A stretch of 64,000 nucleotides of DNA. Source: Candidatus Bathyarchaeota archaeon. Lineage in GTDB: Archaea; Thermoproteota; Bathyarchaeia; Bathyarchaeales; Bathycorpusculaceae. This document shows positions 48,261-58,554 of this stretch, in pieces. The position numbers were made by a program, and so were the translations under genes. The notes beneath the pieces were generated by a model. That model was not told where the DNA came from and did not search any database. It saw only the letters and a list, made by a program, of their open reading frames with translations. Position 1 is the first letter of the stretch. Each line of letters begins with the position of its first letter. The stretch lies in NCBI GenBank assembly GCA_963733095.1, contig CAVTBV010000008.1, positions 15,341 to 79,340 on the forward strand. Direction: 5' to 3'.

Positions 48261-49253
48261 CTACGAATCGATGCCTGCTTTGGGGCTTTTCAGTGTGTCT
48301 ATGGCTTTTTCCGCCCACTGAGCATCTGTCCAAAACGCCCTGCCCACAGCAACCAAATCAACTTTTCCATCCCTCACCAGCTTATCCGCAAATTCTGTTT
48401 CAGTAATTCCGCCTACCCCGATAACTGGAACACTGACTACTTTCTTAATCGCCTCTGCTTGCGGAACGAAGTAACCTTTAACTTGCCGCAGTTGCCTTGG
48501 TTCACTTCCACACATACCCCCAGATATGTCGAGTATATCTACGCCTGCCGCTTCAAGGCGCTTGGCAAAGACAACCGAATCCTCAATGTGGGTTCCATAG
48601 GGCGCTAAATCATCGGAGCCTAACCTGTAGAGCAAAAGCCTACTGCCGAGGCATCTGCGCACTTTTTCAGCAACTAACAAGGGAAAATGCATTCGCTTCT
48701 CCAAAGAACCACCAAACTCATCTTCACGCTTGTTAAACAAGGGGGAGTAGAACTGGTTTAGCAGGTAGCCGTGGGCTCCATGCAGCTCTACTCCGTCAAA
48801 CCCAGCCTTGACCGCTCGTTCAGTTGCCAAAGCAAAGTCGTCGGCGATAGCGTACACTTCGTTGACGTCTAGCATTCGACTTTTGTCTCTGGGAGAAGGA
48901 CCCGCAGGTTCGGTGCCGATGACTCTTCTGTTCGTAACCCCGCCTGCATGGGAAATCTGAACAACCGCGGGTGCGCCAACCTCATGAAGAGCGGTTGCAA
49001 GTTTCTCAAACCCGCCAATTGTCGAGTCATCGTGGATTGCTAGTTGTTTAGGTCCAATCTTTCCTATGGGCGAAACGTAGGAGTGCTCAACGATGGGTAG
49101 CCCCGAATGAGTTGAGCGGCGAACATAAAAGTTAATCAGCCTGTTGGTTACTGCGCCCTCAAAACTTGCCCGCCCCGTCTGCATAGGCGGCAAAACAATG
49201 CGGTTACGAAGAGTGTACGTCTTGACTTTTAAAGGCGAAATTAATCCCGGCAA
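48261..49253 (-). CDS. NADH:flavin oxidoreductase (Old Yellow Enzyme family)
   Basis: LRNRIVLPPM, QISHAG, AGFDGVELHGAHGYLLNQF, REDEFGGS. Confidence 0.95.
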   Translation of the reverse strand: MPGLISPLKVKTYTLRNRIVLPPMQTGRASFEGAVTNRLINFYVRRSTHSGLPIVEHSYVSPIGKIGPKQLAIHDDSTIGGFEKLATALHEVGAPAVVQISHAGGVTNRRVIGTEPAGPSPRDKSRMLDVNEVYAIADDFALATERAVKAGFDGVELHGAHGYLLNQFYSPLFNKREDEFGGSLEKRMHFPLLVAEKVRRCLGSRLLLYRLGSDDLAPYGTHIEDSVVFAKRLEAAGVDILDISGGMCGSEPRQLRQVKGYFVPQAEAIKKVVSVPVIGVGGITETEFADKLVRDGKVDLVAVGRAFWTDAQWAEKAIDTLKSPKAGIDS

Positions 49254-49270
49254 ACTTTAACCTCAATGTC

Positions 49271-49621
49271 TTATTTTGCATCTTTGCTATTAGCTAAAAG
49301 TTTTTCGATAATTGGTTTTAGAGTAGGTAATCGATTCTTTGTTGTTTTCCAAAGGACTTCAATGTTTATGCCAAAGTATTCGTGAGCTAATTTATCGCTC
49401 ATTCCAGCCATTTCTTTCCATTTTACTAACGGATACTGTTTCTTTATTTCGAGCGGTATTTGTTTAGTTGCTTCACCGATAATTTCAAAATTCCTAACTA
49501 CAGCATCAATGATGAGTGTATTTTCTGAGAACTCTTCAAAAGTGAGGTCTTTCACGTATTTTTCTATTCTTTCTGTGGCTTCAAGTATGTCGTTTAGATA
49601 GAGGCGATGTGTTCTTTTCAC
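49271..49621 (-). CDS. HepT-like HEPN (DUF86) toxin, catalytic Arg apparently replaced
   Basis: DAVVRNFEIIGEA...WKEMAGMSDKLAHEYF (consensus RxxxxHxY). Confidence 0.9.
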   Translation of the reverse strand: MKRTHRLYLNDILEATERIEKYVKDLTFEEFSENTLIIDAVVRNFEIIGEATKQIPLEIKKQYPLVKWKEMAGMSDKLAHEYFGINIEVLWKTTKNRLPTLKPIIEKLLANSKDAK

Positions 49622-49917
49622 GCATAAATCGTCTCTTTCAAAATTTGCTCTTTAATCATAGGTTTTAATGCACTTTTGGTTACAAGATCAACGTTGATAC
49701 TGAGTTTTTTGCCGAGAAATTCTTCAAGCTCTATGAAATCAAAAAGGTCAATCGTGTTTGGCTGAGAAAATTCTACAAGTACGTCTACGTCACTTTTTTT
49801 CTTTTGTTCTCCACGTGCGTAGGAACCAAAAAACCCCACTGTTTCCACTTGGAACTGTTCTTTTAGTATTGGTTTGAGCGCTTCAAGTTTTAATCGTATA
49901 TCTTCTCTTTTTTTCAT
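49618..49917 (-). CDS. MNT minimal nucleotidyltransferase antitoxin
   Basis: FGSYARGEQKKKSDVD; ATGA overlap with HEPN gene. Confidence 0.92.
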   Translation of the reverse strand: MKKREDIRLKLEALKPILKEQFQVETVGFFGSYARGEQKKKSDVDVLVEFSQPNTIDLFDFIELEEFLGKKLSINVDLVTKSALKPMIKEQILKETIYA

Positions 49918-50120
49918 TTTTTCTGGCTTCTGCTTGGAGGTTTGTGCGAAAATATTAGGTTTGGGAAACTATTTAGCTTTAATTTTTAACTAAATCATAA
50001 TTTGTTTGTTTTGGGAAGAGGCTGAAATGCTGCGAGGAATTTTTTATATATCGCTTTTAACTTTCTGTATCTATTGAACATTAGTTTCTGTTTCTAATCA
50101 ATTTGTTTGAAGGAGTTTTT

Positions 50121-50861
50121 ATGAATATAAAAGACAAAACAGCAATCGTTACCGGTGCATCCTCAGGGATTGGGCTGTCGACTGCCCAGTTGCTCTCTAA
50201 AAAGGGTGCCAAAGTAGCTTTGGTCTCACGATCAAAAGACAAATTGGAGCAGCTTGCCACTGAAATTCCCAACTCCATCGCGGTCGCCGCTGACATGTCG
50301 AAGGTTTTTGAAGTTAAAAGAATGGTTAAAGAAGTCTTTGAAAAATTTGGCAAAATCGACTTGCTCGTTAACAACGCCGGAATTGGCTATGACGCCTTAA
50401 CTGAAAAAATGGATCTTGACACATACCACTACGTTTTTGACTTGGATTTGGTTGGTCCAATCGCTGCCATGCAACAAGTTATTCCGTTGATGAGAGCAGA
50501 AGGCGGAGGAACAATCGTAAACGTTAGCTCAGCAGTAGCATTAATGACTCTGCCAAACAACGCGCCCTATGCTTCAATAAAACGTGCGTTAGCGACTCTG
50601 AGTTTAACAGCCAGAGAAGAACTAAAAAAAGATAACATAATTGTAAGCGTAGTTTACCCCTACATTACCCTCACCAATTTTGAGAGAAACACCATCCGAG
50701 ACGTACCCGTCCCTGAAAGCGAGATGGAACCCCACGGTCCTTTTCCGCCAGACACCGCGGATTATGCTGCCCAAAAGATTATCGAGGGAATAGAAAGCGG
50801 GAAAGCAGAAATTTTCGCTCATGACTGGATAAAACAAAGAACTCAGGAAAATCCTCAATAA
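50121..50861 (+). CDS. Short-chain dehydrogenase/reductase
   Basis: TGASSGIG, NNAG, VSS, YASIK; ATG at 50121 after AGGAG. Confidence 0.93.
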   Translation: MNIKDKTAIVTGASSGIGLSTAQLLSKKGAKVALVSRSKDKLEQLATEIPNSIAVAADMSKVFEVKRMVKEVFEKFGKIDLLVNNAGIGYDALTEKMDLDTYHYVFDLDLVGPIAAMQQVIPLMRAEGGGTIVNVSSAVALMTLPNNAPYASIKRALATLSLTAREELKKDNIIVSVVYPYITLTNFERNTIRDVPVPESEMEPHGPFPPDTADYAAQKIIEGIESGKAEIFAHDWIKQRTQENPQ

Positions 50862-50896
50862 CCTTTTTAGACTTTGATATCTCGGCGAAGTGGAAA

Positions 50897-51430
50897 TCAA
50901 GAATACTTTTCAACGATTTGTTTAATTATGTTCATGTTTCGAGTGGTAGCCTTCGTTTTTAGCTCGGATTCCAAAAAAGGATTAGGCAAAGCACCTTCAC
51001 CGCCTCCATGTGTTACACTGAAAACTTCTGCGCCCTTCGCTGAAATCACTTGCGCAGTAGACTTTGGAATAGTTAGAGGCAGTTGCAACGGAAAGTTAGC
51101 TGGCTCGGTTTCGAGAAAAGTCACCAGAAAACTTGCGCCCGCCTTTTCTTGCCCCTTGAATGGATCAAGGGAGATTATACTATTGAGCTGAGAAATCGTG
51201 CGTACGAACACGAAGACTTCGTAGCCTAAAGTGCTTTGTAATCTTTTCATGATCTTAGCTTTAACTTCTTGAGTGTTCGATGTTTCAGTTTCAAATATTA
51301 CATTGCCGCTCTGTTTATAAGTAACAACGTTTTGGAAGCCCAGGGAAGTGAACACTTCTTTGAGGGTCTCTTTGACAACAACGCGGCCGCCTACGTTGAT
51401 TCCCCTCAAGAAAACAGCAAAATGGAGCAT
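50897..51430 (-). CDS. DUF1697 family protein
   Basis: FLRGINVGG, NVVTYKQSGNVIF, ATTRNMN. Confidence 0.9.
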   Translation of the reverse strand: MLHFAVFLRGINVGGRVVVKETLKEVFTSLGFQNVVTYKQSGNVIFETETSNTQEVKAKIMKRLQSTLGYEVFVFVRTISQLNSIISLDPFKGQEKAGASFLVTFLETEPANFPLQLPLTIPKSTAQVISAKGAEVFSVTHGGGEGALPNPFLESELKTKATTRNMNIIKQIVEKYS

Positions 51431-51614
51431 AACAAGTCTTTGAGGCAGGGATTCTAATAAATTTGTCCAATACCGAACGGATCTAAAGCAGAGAACCCAA
51501 AAAAATTCTGCAGGGAGCGTAATCAGAAATCCTTAATTGCCGCTTTAACGCTAACAGAATTAACAAAAATTTTTCTCAACCAGCATAGATTATGAGTTCA
51601 GAAAGGGGTTACGG

Positions 51615-52631
51615 TTGCAAAACGAGTACGCCATCCAAACAATCAACCTGACAAAAAAGTACGAAAGCAAAACCCCAAACAGCAGCCTTCTGCATCGCAA
51701 AAACTTCTCCATAAACGCCGTCGACCACCTTAACCTCAACATTAAAAAAGGTGAACTTTTTGGGCTTTTGGGACCAAACGGAGCAGGCAAAACTACGCTG
51801 GTTAAAATCCTCTGCACTCTTTTGCCCCCTGACGAGGGTACTGCAACGGTGAACGGCTTTGATGTTGCCAAACAATCGATGCGGGTTAAGCAGTCTATCG
51901 GCACCATTTTCAGCGTGGGTGAACGTGGCTTCTTTTGGAGGCTAAGCGGTTATCGCAACTTGGAATTTTTTGCTGCCATAAACAATGTTCCTCGAAGCCG
52001 CAGACAACAAAGAATCATGGAAGTTCTGGACCTAGTGGGTTTGAAGGACAAGGACGATGTGTTCTTCCAGAAGTATTCGGGAGGCATGAAAAGAAAACTT
52101 GCCTTGGCAAGGGCTTTGCTTGCTGATCCGCCCATTCTTCTGCTCGATGAACCCACAACCGGCTTAGACGTTACCTCGTCAAGGAATATTCGGGACTTCA
52201 TAAAAAACGATCTAAGCAAAAAACATGGTAAAACTGTCCTCTACACCACGCACTACATCGAAGAGGTTGCCCAGATGTGCGACCGTGTAGGTATAATGAA
52301 CAAGGGCAAAATCGTCGCTTTAGACACCCCTGAAGCGCTTAAGGGCATGACAAAGAAGGGAGAAGTTGTCGACATCGTGGTAAAGAACATGTCTGATGCG
52401 CAAGTGAATAGTCTTCGGAGTTTGGTGGGGGTCTCGGGTTTAGCTTCTGAAGTGCAAGATTCGGTTCTTGGGAAGACACGCCTGCGGGTGCGCTTGGAAA
52501 ACGCGGATGCTTTGCCGACGGTTTTGGATTTCTTTTTCCGCGAGAAAATCAAGCTTGTAAACTTCCGACAGGAAGAGCCTACGTTGGAAGATGCGTTCAT
52601 CGAGTTAACTGGGGCAGGTGTAAGCCAATGA
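51615..52631 (+). CDS. ABC transporter ATP-binding protein
   Basis: GPNGAGKTT, YSGGMKRK, LLDEPT, PTLEDAF. Confidence 0.95.
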   Translation: MQNEYAIQTINLTKKYESKTPNSSLLHRKNFSINAVDHLNLNIKKGELFGLLGPNGAGKTTLVKILCTLLPPDEGTATVNGFDVAKQSMRVKQSIGTIFSVGERGFFWRLSGYRNLEFFAAINNVPRSRRQQRIMEVLDLVGLKDKDDVFFQKYSGGMKRKLALARALLADPPILLLDEPTTGLDVTSSRNIRDFIKNDLSKKHGKTVLYTTHYIEEVAQMCDRVGIMNKGKIVALDTPEALKGMTKKGEVVDIVVKNMSDAQVNSLRSLVGVSGLASEVQDSVLGKTRLRVRLENADALPTVLDFFFREKIKLVNFRQEEPTLEDAFIELTGAGVSQ

Positions 52632-53422
52632 CTCTGATGCAGGAACTGGACAAAATCTTTTACTTCATGAAACGCGACATCATTTCATTTTCAACTTACA
52701 AAACAAACATCCTACTTAGCGTTGTCAGCGCTCTTTTCGGGGCTTTGTCTTATGCGTTTTGGGGCTCCAACGCCTCCATGCCAAGTGTACAGAATCTCGG
52801 AATGCCTGTTGTAACTTACCTGCTCATTGGCCTTGCCTTCAATACCTACTTATCGCAGAGCCTAACCCTTGTTCAGAAAACTATTAACCCATGGAGCCTT
52901 GAGGAAGTTCTGGTTTCTCCCACCGGACTGGTAACCTTCATTGTGGGCAGTTCGCTTTGGGGTTTCATCTGGAGTACTCTTGTCATCGTCATTTACTTGT
53001 CGGTTGGCGTTTTCGCCTTTGGCGTTATCCTAAGCGTCAACATCATCGGAACCATAATAGTTGTGGGACTAGGTATTGGGACATTTATCGGCTTCAGTAT
53101 GATAGGCGCCGGAGTCTTGATTTTAACAAAACAAGGCGACCCAGTCACAACCATCATCACGTTAGCCACCAACCTGTTTGGAAACGTACTTTTCCCCATC
53201 ACCGTTATGCCTCTTCCTCTCCAAATAGTGAGCTTCTTTGTGCCCCAATACTATTTCTTTACCTGCATTCGACCGATGCTGGTTGGGCAATCAATAGGAG
53301 CTATTTTGCCTGATCTCGCCATTTTAGGTTTGATGTGTGCCATAATCTTGCCAGTGGGTTATTTGGCTTATTCGTGGTGCCTGAAAATGGCGCGGAAAAA
53401 CGGAACCCTCTCATGGTTCTAA
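52628..53422 (+). CDS. ABC-2 type permease
   Basis: Six TM segments, LEEVLVSP; ATGA overlap. Confidence 0.9.
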   Translation: MTLMQELDKIFYFMKRDIISFSTYKTNILLSVVSALFGALSYAFWGSNASMPSVQNLGMPVVTYLLIGLAFNTYLSQSLTLVQKTINPWSLEEVLVSPTGLVTFIVGSSLWGFIWSTLVIVIYLSVGVFAFGVILSVNIIGTIIVVGLGIGTFIGFSMIGAGVLILTKQGDPVTTIITLATNLFGNVLFPITVMPLPLQIVSFFVPQYYFFTCIRPMLVGQSIGAILPDLAILGLMCAIILPVGYLAYSWCLKMARKNGTLSWF

Positions 53423-53427
53423 GAATA

Positions 53428-55134
53428 CTATTTTTTCAGTTTGTTTGATAGGATTTTTTGGAAGTTGACTTCAAAAGCAGCCGCAGGGTTCTCAAGTTTC
53501 CACTGCTCAAGCACTAAAGGATTAACCTCCCCTACAAACCCAACCTCTGTGTCGCCAACGATGACTTTGCCGACCCTACCCTCAATAAAGGTTGGATGAG
53601 TGGTTTCTTTTATTTGCCATTCAACCCCAAAGTTGCCCATAAACGAGTCTAAGGCAGATTTGATCTCGCTGAAATTGGCGTTCACATGCGTGGTCACTGC
53701 TGCAAGCCAATCTTCATCTCGCGTCTTGGTTTCTTTGGTTTCGTCGAGCAGTGTTACTTTGCCTAGTTCGAAAATTTTTTGTGGAAACTCGACGGATTGG
53801 TTGACACTTAGAAATTCTATGAGGCTGGGTAGGAGCCAGTTTCGCAGGCAGGTCATGGTTACGATTTTGGGGTTGGATAGTTCGATTATTTTTGTTGGTT
53901 GGGTATTCATTTTTTGGAAGAGGGTTTCTTGGTTGGTTAGGGTGGTGTTTAGGGTTTCTTGGTAGCCGAGTCCAACCATGAGTTCTCGGGAGTTGTCGAT
54001 GTAGCGTTGGTCGGGTTTTGCGCGTCCTGTGGTTGGCAAATCACGCCATGTTGGCTCGATGTTGTTGTAGCCGTAGGCGATGGCGACGTCTTCGATTATA
54101 TCCACTTGATGCATAACATCCACGCGGTAACAAGGAACCAAAACCGTCATAGCCTCATCAGAAATGTTCTCCACGCCCAACCCAGCAGTCAACAACAACT
54201 CACGAATCTCGGTGGCATTCAACCTTAAACCGAGAAGGCGGTTTGTGTCCTCTACGCTTAGCGAGAAGCGTTTGTTGTCGAAGTTTGGAGTAATAACTGT
54301 GCTTTCTGTGTAAGCGGATTTTTCGGGGTAATGCACCGTTGCCGAGTAAGCTTTGCCTCCGCGATCAATCAACGCTAATGTAACCAGATTTAGCGTATTC
54401 AAAACTGTCTTATGCAAAGTTCCTGTAACTTCAACTAGCAGGTTGCATGATTCTTCTGTGATTTTTCCTAAATCGTTCGAGTTTATGATAGGGGGAAAAG
54501 AGAGTACTTTGCCTTCACAGTCAAGCAGCATCGGGTAGAGCGGGTTCTTCTTGACTATGTTCCCGTACTCGACTCCTTTAGGATGCTTTTCCAATATTTC
54601 ATCAAGCCCCATCTTTTCTGAAAAGCCCAACGGAATAAAACGTACATCCTCAGGTTTAACAGCAGTGTATTCAATGGGCGGCTTGATAAGGTCCAAATTG
54701 TAGATGCCTATGGAGGTTTTTTGGCGGCTTCTACCGTTGGTTTGGTCAAGCTTGTCTTGCAGGTGCATGATGCCTTTGATGACGCTGTCGGAGAGGTGGA
54801 TGCCCTTGATTATGGAGCAGCAGATGTAGGGGCGAATGTTGTATAGTTGGGCGTTAACGTTAACTTCGATTGCTGATTTGCCAACAGTATACTGTTTTAT
54901 CCCTTCTGTCTGGTTCAAATAGCCCTGCAACGCGCGGCTTAATCCTTCAACGCTCCAGAGGTCAGCACGTGCGGTATCCTTCATTTCAACGCTTACGGAA
55001 CCTTCTTTTTCGTTGAACGCTTTCACTTCTGCTTTAACATAGGCAAGAATGTCGTCGAGTTTTGCCATATCACAGTTCAATTTCACGTTGAGCAAACGTT
55101 CAAGTTCAGCATAGTCAATGTCGATTGTGGGCAT
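53428..55134 (-). CDS. pheT: Phenylalanine-tRNA ligase beta subunit (archaeal type)
   Basis: MPTI, RADLWSVEG, SFPPIINS, YRVDVMHQVDIIEDVAIAYGY. Confidence 0.97.
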   Translation of the reverse strand: MPTIDIDYAELERLLNVKLNCDMAKLDDILAYVKAEVKAFNEKEGSVSVEMKDTARADLWSVEGLSRALQGYLNQTEGIKQYTVGKSAIEVNVNAQLYNIRPYICCSIIKGIHLSDSVIKGIMHLQDKLDQTNGRSRQKTSIGIYNLDLIKPPIEYTAVKPEDVRFIPLGFSEKMGLDEILEKHPKGVEYGNIVKKNPLYPMLLDCEGKVLSFPPIINSNDLGKITEESCNLLVEVTGTLHKTVLNTLNLVTLALIDRGGKAYSATVHYPEKSAYTESTVITPNFDNKRFSLSVEDTNRLLGLRLNATEIRELLLTAGLGVENISDEAMTVLVPCYRVDVMHQVDIIEDVAIAYGYNNIEPTWRDLPTTGRAKPDQRYIDNSRELMVGLGYQETLNTTLTNQETLFQKMNTQPTKIIELSNPKIVTMTCLRNWLLPSLIEFLSVNQSVEFPQKIFELGKVTLLDETKETKTRDEDWLAAVTTHVNANFSEIKSALDSFMGNFGVEWQIKETTHPTFIEGRVGKVIVGDTEVGFVGEVNPLVLEQWKLENPAAAFEVNFQKILSNKLKK

Positions 55135-56664
55135 TTAAGTCACCTGTTTTTTCCGTAGCCAGCTTAAGTCTTGGCTAAAAATCATTCGAATATCCTCGAT
55201 GCCTGCACGCATCATAAAGAGACGGTCAACCCCCAATCCCCAAGCAATCACAGGCTCCCTCACACCAAGCGGCAACGTGACTTCGGGGCGGAAGATTCCT
55301 GAACCGCCAAATTCTACCCAGCCATAACCTTCCTTGTATGCGCTGAGTTCGACGCTGGGTTCGGTGAAGGGGAAGTAGTCGGGTTTGAAGCGAATTTTGT
55401 CTGCTCCAGCAATCTCCATGGCAAACTTTCCAAGGACGCCGAGGAGGTCTTTTAGGTTGAGGTTTTTGTCGATTACTATACCTTCGACTTGGTTGAATTC
55501 TGATAGGTGGGTTTTGTCGGTGATTTCAGGGCGGTATACGCGGGCTATGGAGAAATGTTTGCTTGGAACCTCAAATTTTCCGGATTCGAGTGTTCGGGCG
55601 CTGAGGCATGTGCCGTGTCCACGGAGAAGTAAACGTTGGGCTGCCGCAAGGGAGTATTTGTATCCCCAGCCTGTGGAGCCTGTTTTCCAGCCGTTCTCGT
55701 GAGTTTCCTTCATATGTTCAAGGGCTTTGGCATGTTGGCTGATGTCGCCGCACTGCGGGTCTTTGACGTAGTAGATGTCGCTGGCTTCCCGTGCTGGATG
55801 GTCCTGCGGCACGTAGAGGGCGTCAAAGTTAAAGAAGCTCGTTTCAACTGCAGTCCCGACCATTTCTTGAAAGCCCAACTGAACCAACTTGGCTCGGACC
55901 TCATCAAGGAATTGTAGATAAGGGTGTTTTTTTCCTGACCAAGCTTTGGCTACAGGCGCTTCAATGTTGTATTTTTGCAGTTTAACATTTTTCCATTTAC
56001 CTGTGATAATAAGTTCAGGGGTTAGCTGAGTAACTTCTTGAGGCGCAACCTTGTTTTCGACCGCGGCTTTTTTGCCTTCTGCTGTGATTTGAAGGGTGCG
56101 GGTGGTTTTGGGTTCGATTGTGAGGAGTTTTCGTTTTTTGAGTTGTTCGGTGGCTTGTACCAGTTCTGGGCTGAGGTCTTCTTGGGATTCCTGTTTCTTT
56201 TCGCGGAGGTATTTTAGGAGTGTTTCGTCGCAACCTTCAGGGATAACGGTTTGGTGGAGGAGTGATTCGGTTATGTGTAGGGTGTTGTTTTGGGGTGTGT
56301 AGGTTGCCCATTTTTTTCTTATAGCCCAGCCAAGTGCTATCTGGATGAACCCTGGCCTGAGCCGGGCTTTTTCAGCAGCTTGTTTTAGGTCTGCTGTTCC
56401 GCCGAGTTCTGCGGTTGCAAGGATAAGGTTACGTTCGGGCAAGCCATCTTTCGCGTACTGCTCACCCTCGGGGGTAAGTTTGATTATGTTTTGGATTTTT
56501 GCGCGAATAGTGAGGAAGTTTTTTTCTTGGAGTGTTAGGGCGTTTCGCATGACGGCTGTGTCTTGGATTCCGCAGGTTTGGATTAGTTGTTCGACGGTTG
56601 CTGCTCCGTCCAGTGATTCGAGTGCTGAGAGGAGTTGTTGTTCTTGGGTTCTGAGTTCAGCCAT
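55135..56664 (-). CDS. pheS: Phenylalanine-tRNA ligase alpha subunit (archaeal type)
   Basis: NFDALYVPQDHPAR, THLSEFNQVEG, YFPFTEPS, GIFRPEV, WGLGVDR. Confidence 0.97.
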   Translation of the reverse strand: MAELRTQEQQLLSALESLDGAATVEQLIQTCGIQDTAVMRNALTLQEKNFLTIRAKIQNIIKLTPEGEQYAKDGLPERNLILATAELGGTADLKQAAEKARLRPGFIQIALGWAIRKKWATYTPQNNTLHITESLLHQTVIPEGCDETLLKYLREKKQESQEDLSPELVQATEQLKKRKLLTIEPKTTRTLQITAEGKKAAVENKVAPQEVTQLTPELIITGKWKNVKLQKYNIEAPVAKAWSGKKHPYLQFLDEVRAKLVQLGFQEMVGTAVETSFFNFDALYVPQDHPAREASDIYYVKDPQCGDISQHAKALEHMKETHENGWKTGSTGWGYKYSLAAAQRLLLRGHGTCLSARTLESGKFEVPSKHFSIARVYRPEITDKTHLSEFNQVEGIVIDKNLNLKDLLGVLGKFAMEIAGADKIRFKPDYFPFTEPSVELSAYKEGYGWVEFGGSGIFRPEVTLPLGVREPVIAWGLGVDRLFMMRAGIEDIRMIFSQDLSWLRKKQVT

Positions 56665-56841
56665 CCTGTTTGCCTTCGCGACGGGTTTTGTTATTGGATA
56701 GTTGCCTGTGAAATAAAAGCATGCTGATACCTACTCGGATGCCCCTGACTTGCCAACTTTATAATCCAAAGCTCACAAAAAGAAAATTGTGGCAGCGTTA
56801 CCTTTAATATTTAAAAACCCAAAGGTAAAGGTACACAACAG

Positions 56842-57816
56842 GTGAAAATTATGGCAAATACACTAAGCGTTAACCAAATGGCTTGGAAAATAGCTCAAAA
56901 AATCATCGATACCCCAGAATTCTACGGCGTAAAAGTCACAAAATCGGCTGCCGGAGCCACAATAGTTGATGCAGGAGTAAATGCACCAGGCGGCTTTCAA
57001 GCAGGAAAAAAACTAACTGAACTCTGTTTGGGCGGCGCTGGAAAAGCTCAACTGGGCTTCAAAACCTATGGCGACATAACATTTCCATCTATCACTGTTT
57101 CGTCGGATCACCCTGCGGTTGCCATGTTGGGTTCGCAGTTTGCGGGTTGGCGCATAAAAGAACCAGATGGCAACATAGCTATCGGTTCAGGGCCCGTTCG
57201 CGCTTTAGCGCTTAAGCCAAAAGACGTTTTTGAAGAGATAGGCTACAAAGATGCCAGCGACAAAGCTGTAATCACGTTGGAGAGCAACGTCTTGCCATCT
57301 GAGGCATTAATCGAAAAGGTTACGGCGGCAAGCAACGTTAAAGCTGAAAACCTCATCGTAGTTGTTGCTCCGACTGCAAGCATGGCAGGCTTAACACAGG
57401 TTGCAGGAAGAGTTGTTGAAGTCGGCATTCACAAGCTAAAAACATTAGGGTTAAGCCCAAAGGTTATCCGTTACGCCATGGGTTATGCTCCTATTCCGCC
57501 TGTTGGCATGGATTTTGAAGTTGCGATGGCACGCACTAACGATGCTATTCTCTACGGCGGCACAGTCTACCTCACCGTTGACTACGACGATGAAGCGGCA
57601 TTGCAAACCATTGTTAATCAAGCCCCAAGCATGGCATCAAAAGACTATGGCAAACCGTTCCTGCAGATTTTCCGCGAAGCCGACAAAGACTTCTACAAAA
57701 TCGACCACGGCCTATTCGCCCCTGCAGTGCTCATGATAAACAACGCTAAGACGGGCAAGACCTTCAAGGCAGGACAAATAAACCCTAAGGTATTGGCTCA
57801 ATCCTTAGGATTCTAA
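56842..57816 (+). CDS. mch: Methenyltetrahydromethanopterin cyclohydrolase
   Basis: LSVN, LGSQFAGW, GSGPVRAL, RVVEVGIHK, TNDAILYGG, DFYKIDHGLFAP. Confidence 0.95.
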   Translation: MKIMANTLSVNQMAWKIAQKIIDTPEFYGVKVTKSAAGATIVDAGVNAPGGFQAGKKLTELCLGGAGKAQLGFKTYGDITFPSITVSSDHPAVAMLGSQFAGWRIKEPDGNIAIGSGPVRALALKPKDVFEEIGYKDASDKAVITLESNVLPSEALIEKVTAASNVKAENLIVVVAPTASMAGLTQVAGRVVEVGIHKLKTLGLSPKVIRYAMGYAPIPPVGMDFEVAMARTNDAILYGGTVYLTVDYDDEAALQTIVNQAPSMASKDYGKPFLQIFREADKDFYKIDHGLFAPAVLMINNAKTGKTFKAGQINPKVLAQSLGF

Positions 57817-57834
57817 ATTTTTCCTTCTTTTTCT

Positions 57835-58437
57835 TTATAACATGTTGGCGTGTCTTAGGTTTCGTTTTATGACGACTGCGATGAAGTAGCCTAACGGAAT
57901 AGTGTAGAGAGCCAGCGTCGCATTGAATATGCATGTGATGGGCACATAATAGCTGATTATGATTGGTTGGGGGAGGGCGTAGCCGACTGGTGGGGGAACT
58001 CCGAGTGTGATGAAGTTAAATATGCCCATGATTATGACGCGGAATGCAATCCCAAATCCCGTGTATGCAACTGCCAGAGTGGTGTTGTACTTCCATTGCG
58101 TATCGAACTTTTCTTTGTTTGAAATTCGCTTGAAGAAGAGCCTGTGGGCTATGTAGATGCCTAGAAGCATTGAGAGTATTGCGGCTAAGTTGTAGAATGG
58201 CCCTAGAGGACTTGCACCTTGGAAAAAAATCAGTAAGACTATGGAGTTTAAGCCTGCTATTGCAATGGCTGATCTTATGCTTAGTAGTAGGAAGGCTGCT
58301 ACAATCGGGATTTCCCATATTTGGTATATCAGGAAGGGCGCGTAGGGTGCGGGAAATGCTATTCTGGATATTTCAGGGGTTAGGACGATGGTTAGGACCG
58401 TGAATATTATGATTAGGGTTAGGGCTTTGGTTTGCAT
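57835..58437 (-). CDS. ECF transporter S-component-like membrane protein
   Basis: Five to six TMs; APFLIYQIWEIP motif. Confidence 0.7.
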   Translation of the reverse strand: MQTKALTLIIIFTVLTIVLTPEISRIAFPAPYAPFLIYQIWEIPIVAAFLLLSIRSAIAIAGLNSIVLLIFFQGASPLGPFYNLAAILSMLLGIYIAHRLFFKRISNKEKFDTQWKYNTTLAVAYTGFGIAFRVIIMGIFNFITLGVPPPVGYALPQPIIISYYVPITCIFNATLALYTIPLGYFIAVVIKRNLRHANML

Positions 58438-58554
58438 GTTGGTCGATTTAAAACTGATTGCTACCTATTTAAGAGTAGTTACTCAAAAAAGAGTGTTTGA
58501 ACTGGGTTAAATTGGGCTAAAATTGATAAACAAGTCAGCACAACAATAGGTGCA

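Noticed and set aside
48024-48608. 194-aa plus-strand ORF
   Set aside because: Antisense shadow of the TRAM and OYE genes
56842-57816. mch as evidence of methanogenesis
   Set aside because: Mch also serves the H4MPT Wood-Ljungdahl branch in non-methanogens; no mcr or mtr genes are in the window
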